From the human T2T-CHM13v2.0 reference genome, Homo sapiens: a stretch of DNA of 64,000 nt. The translations under genes and the position numbers were made by a program. Location: NCBI RefSeq assembly GCF_009914755.1, contig NC_060940.1. The stretch is one strand, 5' to 3'. Every line of letters begins with the position of its first letter. Within the stretch, counting starts at the first letter, position 1. Positions 12,693-26,336 of this stretch are shown here, piece after piece. A model generated the notes under the pieces. It was not told where the DNA came from. It did not search any database and was given only the letters and a program-made list of their open reading frames with translations.

Positions 12693-12846
12693 AAATATAT
12701 ATATAATATAGATAATATATACTATATATAATAGTATATATACTATATATAATATATTATTTATGTATTATATACATTATATTATATTATATATGTATTA
12801 TATACATTATATTATAATATTATATATGTATTATATAATATATTAA
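12538..12846. repeat. (TA)n / AT-rich low-complexity tract, with a short MLT2-like terminus at ~12574-12598
   Basis: Visible TA runs and tgtccctctagagaaccctaata. Confidence 0.85.
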
Positions 12847-13248
12847 TACCTTGCTAATCGTAGGTTATGGAAAGATTGCGTTTCTGTTTTAAGGCTCTGT
12901 TAGAAATTACTGGCGCACACACTATATTGTAAATTCTTATCTCTGTGTACTGTACTTCTACATACAAATGTTATGTTAAAGAATTACTTCATCCCCATGT
13001 CACCATCTCACCTCATAATCAAATGACCCTAAATCCCTCACTAACCTACCCCCACCCTCACTAAAACTTAATAATAAATGCTGGTACATCCAGTGCATTG
13101 TTGGCACTGTGGGACCAGTAGGTGGTGACCCCCCTGGACCCAGCTTTCATTGTCTTGTGTGTGTCTATTATTTCTCAACCTGCCAATCCGCCTGGGAACA
13201 AAGAGAGAGCCCCATTGCATTGTGGGCTGCTGGCCAGATCCCGCAATA
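12847..13248 (+). mobile_element. 3' part of an ERVK-class LTR (LTR14/LTR3-like)
   Basis: AATAAA poly(A) region and ...ggacccagctttc...gggctgctggccagatcccgcaata terminus. Subfamily from recall only. Confidence 0.55.
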
Positions 13249-13869
13249 CATAATTTCCTCATTTGCAAAGTTACTTAGGTCAGCAATTTCATTTTCAACT
13301 TTCTTCAGTAAAGTCATTTCAATTACACTGTATAATTTCATTTATTTGAAATTCAGTAAAAGCCCAAACTATAGCCAAGTAAACAGATAGAGGATATTCC
13401 AGGAATTTAGAGAAGTGGGTATAAAATAAGCAAAAAATATACTGTTTAAGAAGAGTAAAACTGTATTTAGTCATATGCCATGGTTGAGATATGACACAAT
13501 TAATTTGTCTAAGATCATAATTTTGTGATAAAAATACAAAACCAAATATATACAATTTAAAAAAAATATTTAGCAGTTCATTAAACCTTGGATTAAATGC
13601 AGACTGTATAAAATTATCTAACAACATATTTGTGAGTGTGGGGATGTCAGGAGATGCATGAAACTAAGAATGAAATAATTTTCCTCATTTTCATATAAGA
13701 TGCTTCCATTCACTAAAGATCTTTTATTTTAAAAAATCAATTTTCTACATTAGCCAGGTTTTTTATTAATGACAAGCAAATAACCCAGAAGATTATTTTC
13801 TTTCCTTGGTTGAGAAAGATTTTCCCCAAACTTCAGCTCAGTTCAGGCATATGCTGTCCCTGAATGAGC

Positions 13870-14165
13870 ATTTACCCTCAGATGGGTACACACATCTGTC
13901 AACATATGGACCCTTCTGTCAGACAAACACACCTTTACTCATGTGGATTCTTCCCTCAGACAAACACACATGTCCTCACATGAACTCTTTCCTCAGACTA
14001 CCACATATGTCCTTACATTTACTCTTTCCTCAGAAAAAAGACATTTTCTAATGTGGACTCCTGTCTCAAACAATCAGATATGTCTCCATGAGAACTCTTC
14101 ACTCAGATACGTACATGCATTTCCACATTTTTTCCTTACACAAGTACATATATCTAATGTTGAAC
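13870..14165 (+). repeat. Degenerate ~37-bp tandem repeat (~8 copies) upstream of clan-III VH
   Basis: tcaga-like anchors at about 13878, 13919, 13956, 13993, 14030, 14066, 14103 and 14137. Unit ~tcagacaaacacacatgtcctcacatggactctttcc. Confidence 0.8.
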
Positions 14166-14662
14166 TGTTTGCTGCAAAATGATCTCAAGATAATGAAAAT
14201 TATAAACCCCAACCCTGAAATGCATTTTTTGCATTGTAATTATAATTTTGCATTGTAATTTAACTTTGCCTTATTGTCAAGAACAGTGGTTTGCAGCTCC
14301 AAAAGCACTGATTACTGACAGATGTCCATTTTCTCTGGAAATGTATTCCTCATGTTCTTACTGGACTTATTTGTTGATAATGTTTGCAACTATGAAGATT
14401 CCTCAGCAGTGCCCACATTAGAGAATAAGAAAGAGTAATGGGCAGATTAACCCTGTGCATCCAGACCCGGGCATACTTTGACCTTGGCCTCCCTAAAATG
14501 CAGACCAGAGGATGGATGAGCAATGCTGAGTTGTGCACACATGACCACAAAAAGACGTGGAAATGTGTCTCCTCCCCTCCTCATGAAAGGCAGCTCATCC
14601 CCGTTCTTTCAGGCCTGGTGAGGAGCCACCCCATGTATGTTCCCTTCCTCAGTGTCCACACC

Positions 14663-15126
14663 ATGAGGTCTGGATCTGGGATTCCCTTCTCATCACCCTC
14701 AATATTATGGTCCCTTGTGAATCAGGTCCAGCTGTGGCTGCTCCTCATGGGCTCTTCTCAGTTGGCTTCCTCTGTGTTTGCAGAAGTCCTGAGTGAAGTT
14801 CACTGGTGGAGTCAGAGGGAAAATGGTTTGCCCAGGGTTTCTCTGAGACTCTCCTGCAAAGCCTCTGGATTCACCTTTACTGACTAAAGCATGAGCTTGG
14901 TCCAGCAGATTTCATGACAGGGATTGGTGTGGGTGGCAACAGTGAGTGAACAAGTGGGAGTTCTCAGGGTTACTCTCCATGAGTATAAGTAAATTAACAG
15001 TCCCAAACAACACCCTTTCAAGTGCAGTCTACCTTAAAATGACCAATCTGAAAGCCAAGGACAAGGCTGTATATTACAGTGAGGGACACAGGAGAGGGAA
15101 CATCCGTGTGAGCCCAGACACAAAAA
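14663..15126 (+). pseudogene. IGHV(III)-clan pseudogene with decayed RSS
   Basis: ATG 14663, acceptor tttgcag ending 14783, gaagttcactggtggagtc, LRLSCKASGFTFTD then stop, YLKMTNLKAKDKAVYYS. RSS CACAGGA (15087-15093), 24-nt spacer, ACACAAAAA. Frameshifts and stops. Confidence 0.88.
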
Positions 15127-15167
15127 TCTCTGCAGGGAGAGAGGAGTGAACTGCATGGTAGATGCTG

Positions 15168-15595
15168 CTCACAACCACCAGGGGGCGCTCAGGACACGAG
15201 GGGGCGGTCAGGACAACAAGGGCGGGCTCAGGACAACAAAGGCAAACTCGGGAGCGCAGGAGATGCTCAGAACAGCCGGGAGCATTGAGAACCAGCAGGA
15301 GGTGCTCAGGACACCAGGGGGTGCTCCAGACACCAGGGGGTGTTCAGGACACCAGGATGCGCTCAGGAAACAAGGAGGCGCTCCGGACACCAGGGTCCCT
15401 CAGAACCACCAGGGGGCGCTGAGGACACCAGGGGGCATTCAGGATCACCAAGGAATGCCCAGGACCATTAGGGGGCGCTCAGGACACCAAACGGTGCTCA
15501 GAAACACCAGGTGGCCCTGAGGACACAAAGGGGCACTCAGAACCACCAGGGGACGCTCAGGACACTGGGGGTGCTCAGTTCACGAGGGTTCTCTT
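15168..15595 (+). repeat. Minisatellite, ~22 x 19-20 bp (ctcaggacaccagggggcg), each unit a CTCF-motif variant
   Basis: Units counted by eye. Exact CCACCAGGGGGCGC cores at 15175-15188 and 15406-15419. Confidence 0.92.
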
Positions 15596-15896
15596 AGGAA
15601 GCAGCTCCACATCAGGAGGCTGGGAGGCTGTGGTTTCCTTTTAAACTTTGGTGATTCTTGACCTGGTCAAGCAAAAGGCTTTCCCAGGATCTCTCACCAT
15701 TTCTTCCTTTTAACTCCATGGATTCTTTTACCTGCAAAACATTAACTTAGAACAGGGATTTAATTCAACTTCTAATGTTGCATATTTTCTGAATAACACT
15801 AGCAATGATCTCTCAGTACAATTTTTAAAATAGATTCTTTATATATTATATTCATTTGAAATAATACTATCATTAAAAGAGTAAAATTTAAAAAAC

Positions 15897-16206
<310 letters not shown>

Positions 16207-17381
16207 TCATGTGCTGTAAGAGTCAAACAATCGCATAGGTTTTCTTACTTTAACTCAGCATATGCATGGTGTTTTGTTTCTTTTTGTTTTATCTACTGTT
16301 CGTGGAAATTAAACAGCACTTTAAAGACTCTTGTTCTCCACTTTGGTTGGCTTCTAATGTCCTGTTTTGCAGACTGTTTCTTCACCTTCCTTTCTTCTTT
16401 GAAAGCCTTTTATCTTCCTAAGTCTCCAGGGAGGAAACAGAAAGTCCCTTTACTTTCTGTCTTCCATGTGTGGTGAATCACTTCTCTTCTCTTCATAATC
16501 ATTGAAGCCAACCAAGTTTAGGAGGATGACCATTCTTAGAATATACTCATCTACCTGCAGATTATCTGCCCTCCTCACCCTTTTCTAGGGTCCTGCAGAC
16601 ATCACCCCCATCCAATCCCCTCCTTTCCCTAAGTACCACAGAGTGGGCTCCACAGCTACTGCTGCCCTCTGTGTGCTCAGTCCTGGGGCTCACTAGTGCT
16701 TTGATGATGAAGCCCAAATCCCCATGTGTTTGCACACTCTCTGACCACCCTCTAGGAAGCTGCCAATGTGAGTGACTCCTGGAAAGCATGAGCTGGGTTC
16801 AGTTTCATATTACTGGATGTTCTCTATTATAAAGGATATTGGCAAATAAGGACTAGAGTTTGTATTAAATATTCATGCCATAAAATGTTTTTTCACAACT
16901 TTTCAAATAAAAAAAATTTATCCTGCCTAGTTTAAAACCATAATGTTAATTCAACAAATAATGTAATACAATTTAAAAAGTGAAGTTTGTCTTATTATTC
17001 TATTCATTAATAACAGACTGATATTTAAAATTAAATACCATTATACATTTAAATAACATATATGCCAATAATTGCATTTACATTCAGTTTTGCCAAAACA
17101 CGAATTGAAATATGTTTGTATTTTAATATTGGAATAGGCAGACAGACACATAGAAAAATATTATTTTGTACTACAACCTCAAACTGCAAACACAATTTAA
17201 ATGCAATTAAATAATTAAATAATATGAAACAAATGGGTGTGTTGGTGTGATGTTTAAATATACATGCATTTTTGCATGGGCACATGTATGTGTCTTTGCT
17301 GGGCTGTTGTGTATGTATGTGTGTTTGTATGACCATGAACTTTTCAAATACATCATTAAATTACATATTTATATTAATCTT

Positions 17382-17672
17382 GGCCAGGCATGGTGGCTGA
17401 GGCCTGTAATCCTGGCACTTTGGGAGGTGGAGGCAGGCAGATCACCTGAGGTCAAGAGTTCAAGACTGGCATGGCCAACATGGTAAAACCCCATCTCTAC
17501 TAAAAATACAAAAAGTAGCTGGGTGTTGTGGCACGTGTCTTTATTCCCAGGTACTCAGCAGTTAAGGCAGGAGAATCGCTTGATCCTGGGAGGCAGAGGT
17601 GAAGTGAGCTGAGATTATGCCACTGCACTCCAGCTTGGGTGACAGAGTCACACTCCATCTTAGAAATAAATA
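17382..17672 (+). mobile_element. Alu (AluS-type)
   Basis: Full dimer with approximate TSD tacata(t/g)tta(t/c)attaatct. Confidence 0.9.
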
Positions 17673-17723
17673 CATAGTTACATTAATCTAAATGTATCAT
17701 GTTAAAATATTAGAAGAAAACTC

Positions 17724-19830
17724 TGTATTAGTCAGTTTTCACACTGTTATGAAGTAATATCCAAGACTGAGTAAGTTATTTAGAAAAGAGGCTTAATCGA
17801 TTCAAAATTATGCATTGCTGGGGAGGCCTCTGGAAACTTTTAATTATGGCAGAAGGGAAAAGGGAAGCGAGGCATCTTCTTCACAAGGCAGCAGGATGGA
17901 AAATTGCAAGCTGGGGAAATGCCAAATGCTTATACAACCATCACATGTTGTGAGACACACTCATTATCACACGAACAGCCTGGGGGAACCTACTCCTGCA
18001 ATTAAATTACCTCCATCGGGTCCCACTATTCGTATGTGAGATTATGGGGATGATAATTCAAGATGAGATTTTGGGTGGGGACACAGAGAAACCATATCAT
18101 TCTTCTCCTGGCCCCTTCCAAATCTCATGTCCTCACATCTCAAAACACAATCATGCCTTTTCAACAGTCCCTTAAAGTCTTTTTTTTTCTTTTTTTTGTT
18201 TTTTGTTGTTGAGACGGAGTCTTGTTCTGTCAACAATCTGGAGTGGAGCAGTCCCCTAAAGTCTTAACTCAATCCAGCACTGACTCAAAAGTCCAAGTCC
18301 AAAATCTCATCAGAGACAAGGTAAGTCCCTTCCACCTATGAGCCTGTAAAATCAAAAGCAAGTTAGTTACTTCCTAGATACAATATAAGTATAGATATTG
18401 AGGAAAAACACCCATTCCAAATGGGAGAAATTGGCTGAAATGAGGAGCTACAGGCCCATGCAAGATCAAAATCCAATAGGGCAGTCATTAAACCTTAAAG
18501 TTCCAAAATAATCTCATTTGACTCCACGTCTCACTTCCAGGTCAGGCTGATGGAAGAGGTGGACTCTAATGGTTTCTGACAGTTCTGCCACCATGGCTTT
18601 GCAAAGTACAGCCCCATTCCCAGCTGCTTTCATGGACTGGTGTTGAGTGTTTTCAGCTTTTCCAGGCTCAGAGTGGAAGCTGTGAGTTGATCTCCCATTC
18701 TGGTTTCTGGAGGACAGTGGCCCTCTTCTCTCAGCTCCACTAGGCAGAGGCCCAGTGAGGACTCTGTATGGTGGCTTCAACCCCACATTTCTCTTCAGCA
18801 CTACCCTAACAGAGGTTTTATATGATGGCTACATCACCCCCCAACCAGCAAACTTCTGCCTGGACATGAAGACATTTCCATACATTTTTCTGAAATCTAG
18901 GTGGAGGTTCCCAAATCTCTATTCTTAACTTCTGTGCAAACATGACAGGGAAGCTGCCAAGGTTTGGGATTTGCACCATCTGAAGCAGTGGCCTGAGCTG
19001 TGCCTTGGCCCCCTTAAGCTACAGCTGGAGCTGAAGTAGCTGGGACTCAAGGCACCATTTCCCAAAACTGCACAGAGCAGGAAAGCCCTGGACCAGGCAC
19101 ATGAAACCATTATTTTCCTTTTGGGGCTCTTGGCCTGTGATTGGAGGTACTGTCGTGAAGACCTCTGACATGTTCTGAAGACATTTTTCCCCACTTTCTT
19201 GGTGATTGGCACTTGGTTTCTTGTTACTTATGCAAATTTTTGCAGCTTGCTTGAGTTTTTACCCAGAAAATTGGTTTTTCTTTTCTATGGCATCGTCAGC
19301 TGAAAATGTTCCATACTTTTATGCTCTTGTTTGTCCTGAACGCTTTGCTGGTTAGAAATTTCTTCTGCCAGATACTCTAAACCACCTCTCTCAAGTTCAA
19401 AGTTCCACAGATCTCTAGGGCAGAGACAAAATGCTCCCAGTCTTCATGCTAAAGCATAGCAGAAGTCACCTTTGCTCCAATTCCCCAAAAGTTCCTAATC
19501 TCCATCTGGGACCCCCTCATCCTGGATTTTATTGTCCATATTACTATCAGCATTTTGTTCAAGGTCATTCAACAAGTCTCTAGGAAATTACAAACTTTTC
19601 AATATCTTCCTGTCTTCTTCTGAGCCCTGCCAACTGTTCCAGCCTCTATCTCTTACCTAGTTCCAATGTTGCTTCCATATTTTCAGGTATCTTTATAGCA
19701 GTGCCTTACTCTCGGTGGTACCAAAAGAGTGCATTTTTTTCTTCTCATACTGCTATGAAGAAATACTCAAGACTGGGTAACTTACAAAGAAAAGAGGTTT
19801 AACTGACTCACAGTTCTACATGGAAGGCAT
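17724..19830 (-). mobile_element. MaLR provirus (MST/THE1 LTR - internal - partial LTR)
   Basis: LTR tgtattagtc...aaccatatca (17724-18099), MaLR internal sequence, second LTR remnant from ~19730. Confidence 0.85.
18180..18248 (-). mobile_element. Extremely 5'-truncated Alu (~40 nt + tail) inside the MaLR
   Basis: Poly-T then gagacggagtcttgttctgtc. TSD cagtccc(t/c)taaagtctt at 18165-18181 and 18249-18265. Confidence 0.85.
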
Positions 19831-19849
19831 AGAAACAGAGATTCAAAAT

Positions 19850-21965
<2,116 letters not shown>

Positions 21966-22417
21966 AGGAACAAGGACATCCTCCCACGGGAATGCAAGAA
22001 AACAAAACAGACATGGACACCCATGGAGAGAACTCATTAGACCTGGTGAAGAATAGATAAAAATCTCTTCCAAAGCCTCCAGTGTTCCCAGCTAAATATG
22101 AATTGTGGTGATAGACTGAAAATAAGGAGGGGAAGGGAGACATGACTCAAGAGAGGAAAAACCCTAAGAGAGCAGAAAGCAGATCTACACAGAACAATCA
22201 CAGGACAGATGCCAGAGTGGGGCTGAAACAGGAGCTCATTCTATTGGGTACCTAGTGGAGACCCTTTGACATTTCTTGTGAGGTAATTCTAGTGGTGATG
22301 AATTTCTTCAGTTTTTCTTTGCCTGGGAAAGTATTTCTCTATCTTCCATTTCATTAGAAGTGTTTTATCAATTTTATGTTCTTGGGTGGCTGTATTTTTC
22401 CCCCAGAAATTTAAATA

Positions 22418-22570
22418 CAGTTATGCTCTGCATAACAAAGTTTCTGCCACTAACAGATGACACAAACAATGGTGGTTCCACAATAATATGCTTCCCTATT
22501 TATCTATACCTTTTTATGTTTAGATACACAAATACTACTGTGTTACCATGGCCTACAGTATTTACCATAG
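22418..22570 (+). mobile_element. Tigger3/MER7-like DNA transposon fragment
   Basis: cagttatgctctgcataac...tgtttagatacacaaatact...cctacagtatt resembles the recalled consensus. Confidence 0.6.
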
Positions 22571-22571
22571 T

Positions 22572-23565
22572 TGTTTCGGGATCACTGGGGTGTTGCTTTT
22601 TCTGGCCAGAACCCTCTGTGGCCAGCGGCGACTTTGCCCAAGTTCGTGTCCTACATCTGGAAAGAATGAGGTATGCAGCCATGTGGTGGGTGAGCAAGGC
22701 AAAGACTAGCTTCATGAAGCATTCGAGCATCTCAGAGGAGACCCCCAGTGAGTAGCTCCTCTCTGTAGGCAGGTTGACTGGTTGAGTGTTCAGCTCTAAG
22801 CAGAGAAGGTAGCTCCTCCCTGCAGCTGGTCGTCCTGTTGTCTTCCCAGTTCTCAGCAGAGAGGGTAGCTCCTCTCTGCAGCTGGTCATCCTGTCGTCTT
22901 CCCAGTTCTCAGGAGAAATGGTAGCTCCTCCCTGCAGCTGGTCTTCCTGTCGTCTCTCCATCTTCTGTCCTGCTCTGGCTGAGCCCAGGGGTTTTTATGG
23001 ACCTCCGAGGGAAGGAAGTGCGTGCCCATTGGTCCATGGGTGGTCATGGGTGGGCCGTAGACAGCACCACAAGTCCCCACTGTGGTCTGAGTATCTGGGA
23101 GCCCGGGCCCAGCCTTCAGGCCCTTCCTGGGGACCCTCCCCCTCTGCACAGGAATCTTCCTGCCTCCTTTTGCAGTTCATGGTCCCTGGGGCTCCGCCCA
23201 GACTTTGCTCCAAGATCAGAGCAGGCGCCAAAAGCAGGAAGAAGCCAAGAAGTGGGAGCAGGCACTTCGGAGCATGCAAGAGCAGAGGGCTTTTCCTGGG
23301 GACCCCAAGAGTGCAGGGATGCCTGAGGCTGCAGCCCGCGGTTTGCGGGGCAGGGCTTCTGCCGGCTTCATGGAGCGAGAGGCCCGTGTCTTCAGCCGCG
23401 GTTTGGGTGGCTGCAGCCACGCCCGGGGAAGGCAGGGCTCCTTCCTGTTCCTTGACCTCCAAGAGCACAGAGTCCGAGCCCACTGCCCTGATTAGAGCAG
23501 CTGGAGCTGCCTGAGAGATCAGAGCTGCTGCCTGCTCCTGGCTCCCACCGGCTCCGTGGAACATC
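22572..23565. mobile_element. MER52-type LTR (ERV1), GC-rich, with internal tandem repeats
   Basis: tgtttcgggatcactggggtgttgctttttctggcc start and repeated gtagctcctctctgcagctggtc units. Confidence 0.7.
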
Positions 23566-25715
23566 AGCCCTCGCTGCCCCTCCTTGCGCTGCCCTTCGCA
23601 GCCTGATCCTCTCTGGGCCCTGACCGGTGTCCAGGCAGGGGCGACATCTCCACAAGCTCCCCGCATTGCCCTGGTGCTCAGGGAGGTCCGGGCAGAGCTG
23701 ATCACGACCCCGGCCGGTAGTCGGGAATGGCGGCCTCCGTGGTCACCCTGACATGCGGCCGAACCCTCGAGACGCGGCCTGAGCAGCCTGCACAGAACCT
23801 CCCAAGGCCCAGGAACCCCGCACCCTTGGCGGGGTGGGTACAGCGGCTGCTCCACTGCCCGGGTTTTCAAGGCGGTGCCACTTCCACTTCCCTCCCTGGA
23901 ACCCCGAAGTTTGACATGGGGGCTCCTTTCTGCCTTGCTCTTCAGCTCCCCTTCCCCCGGAGTAGAGCCCCCCGTTTCCCCGGGTGATCCCTTCCACAGC
24001 TGCAGTGTTCTTCATCGGTGTCATCACCTTCCAGATCTGCTGCCCTGCTCTGCAGACTAAGGCTGTGATTCCATAAGAGAGGGGAGCTGCTTCCCAGTAG
24101 AACCTTGGTGGGGAGCTCTGTTCCCATCTCAATTCCTGAGGGGTTAAACCAGTGCATTTAGGATACTGGTTTTGGTGGTTTGCCCCTGTTGAGTAATTTC
24201 TTAGTTCTGTAGTGGGTGTAAGAGACTTGGCTCTGGAAGCATTTCAGGTGTGGGCTCTGATACACCCCAGACAGACACTTTGGGAAGGGAAGATTTTTGT
24301 GACTATTCTCGTTATAAGGGAAAGACATTCAAAAGAATAGAAAAACTCTTCAGTATGTGGTTCCTGAGAATTTCTCACTAAAAACATGCTTATCACACTC
24401 GACTCAAAACAGTTCAATGTATATCAGTGTATTTTATCTTGTACTAGCCTATATTGCATTTGGTGAACTCTGCCTCAGTTCAGCTCACACCCTAACTTTG
24501 ATTCTCCCTACAAGAACTTGTCTCTCTCTAGATTTCAGGCTTGTTGATTGTCTTAAAATTTCAATGATCTGAAGTATTAAAGACAATTTGCAAAAGTCCA
24601 TTTTCTCTGATTAATTGTTATTGTTGATTTTATTCTTGTTGTAAAAAAAGAAATTCTCATCTATATACATTTCAAATCTGAATAACAAAATTTTTATTAA
24701 CACCAAAAATAATAAAAGAATCCAAATATTTTTCAGCTGCCTAATAGAAAAACAAATTATGGTAACTTTGTTTACTGGAATGCTACCCATCATTCATAAT
24801 AAAGGAATTACTGATATACACAATAAGAAGATTAAATTATCAAGTATTTAAATAGAGTAAAATAAGCCAAACAGATAAGAGTATATATGATTCTATTTTT
24901 AAAAATTCTGGAAAATGAAAACTGATCTAAAGTAATATAAAGAAGATTAGTAGTTGCCTGGGAATGTGTTGGCAGAAGGGAAGGAGAAAGGATAAGGAAA
25001 TAGAAATAGGAAGTAGAAGGACAGAAAAGAAGTTGAGGGAATTTCACTTGTCCACCTTCTTTATAATGGTAATAGTTATGTCACGATTGTCAATTTTACA
25101 CTTTAAATATGTAAAGTTTATAATCTGTCAATCAAATCTTATAAAATTTATTATCAGGAAACAAGTTGAAAATTAGACAATGTAGGAGTGACAGAAAGAT
25201 AGATACAAGTATGTTAAATGTCAGAAATACCTGAAAGTTACCTACCTGAACCCTAGTTCTCTCCATAGTTTAAGGTAAACAGGAGAGTGCAGCAAAATCA
25301 CCCATATTCTGATTAGGCAGTGACTTCTGCAAACCACACTAGGCATGGCCAGCTCTGTCCTGGAGTTGGCTAAGGGAGGAGTCAGGGCCAGTGGTGAGAA
25401 GTGCAGGCCCAGACACCAGCACTCACCCATCCCAGACATGAGCTCTTAGATACACAGAGAGCCCATCCATGTGTGGGTTTACTTTTACATCTGTAAATAG
25501 ATAACATTGACTCCTACAGAACATAATTTACACACATAGGTAAATCTGAAATAAGGTGATCAGTGCAAAGATTTTATCACAGCACAGTTTCATAATAAGC
25601 ACAATTACTCAAATCCCATTGTTGTCACCCATCTTCCTCAGGACACTTTCATCTGCCCTGGGTCCTGCTCTCTCTTCAGGTGTCTCACCGCAGAGCTTGC
25701 TATATAGTAGGAGAT

Positions 25716-25723
25716 ATGCAAAT
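25716..25723 (+). promoter_or_regulatory. Intact Ig octamer ATGCAAAT of VH promoter
   Basis: Exact match 134 bp upstream of the leader ATG. Confidence 0.92.
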
Positions 25724-25849
25724 AGGGCCCTCACTCTGCTGAAGAAAACCAGCCCAGCCCTGACCCTGCACCTCTGGGAGAAGAGCCCTAGCCCTGGGAT
25801 TCCCAGGTGTTTCTACTTGCTGATCAGGACTGCACACAGAGAACTCACC

Positions 25850-26297
<448 letters not shown>

Positions 26298-26336
26298 CAC
26301 AGTGAGGGGAAGTCAATGTGAGCCCAGACAAAAACC
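26298..26336 (+). other. Perfect consensus 23-RSS (CACAGTG-23-ACAAAAACC)
   Basis: Heptamer 26298-26304, nonamer 26328-26336. Confidence 0.95.

Noticed and set aside
15146-15520. 124-aa and overlapping repetitive ORFs
   Set aside because: By-products of the GC-rich minisatellite.
15168-15595. CRISPR-like array
   Set aside because: Units are head-to-tail degenerate tandem copies with no unique spacers, no cas genes are present, and the DNA is human.
22918-23870. 291-aa and 198-aa ORFs
   Set aside because: They lie largely in a GC-rich MER52 LTR, start at non-ATG codons or lack recognisable domains, and GC content explains the stop scarcity.
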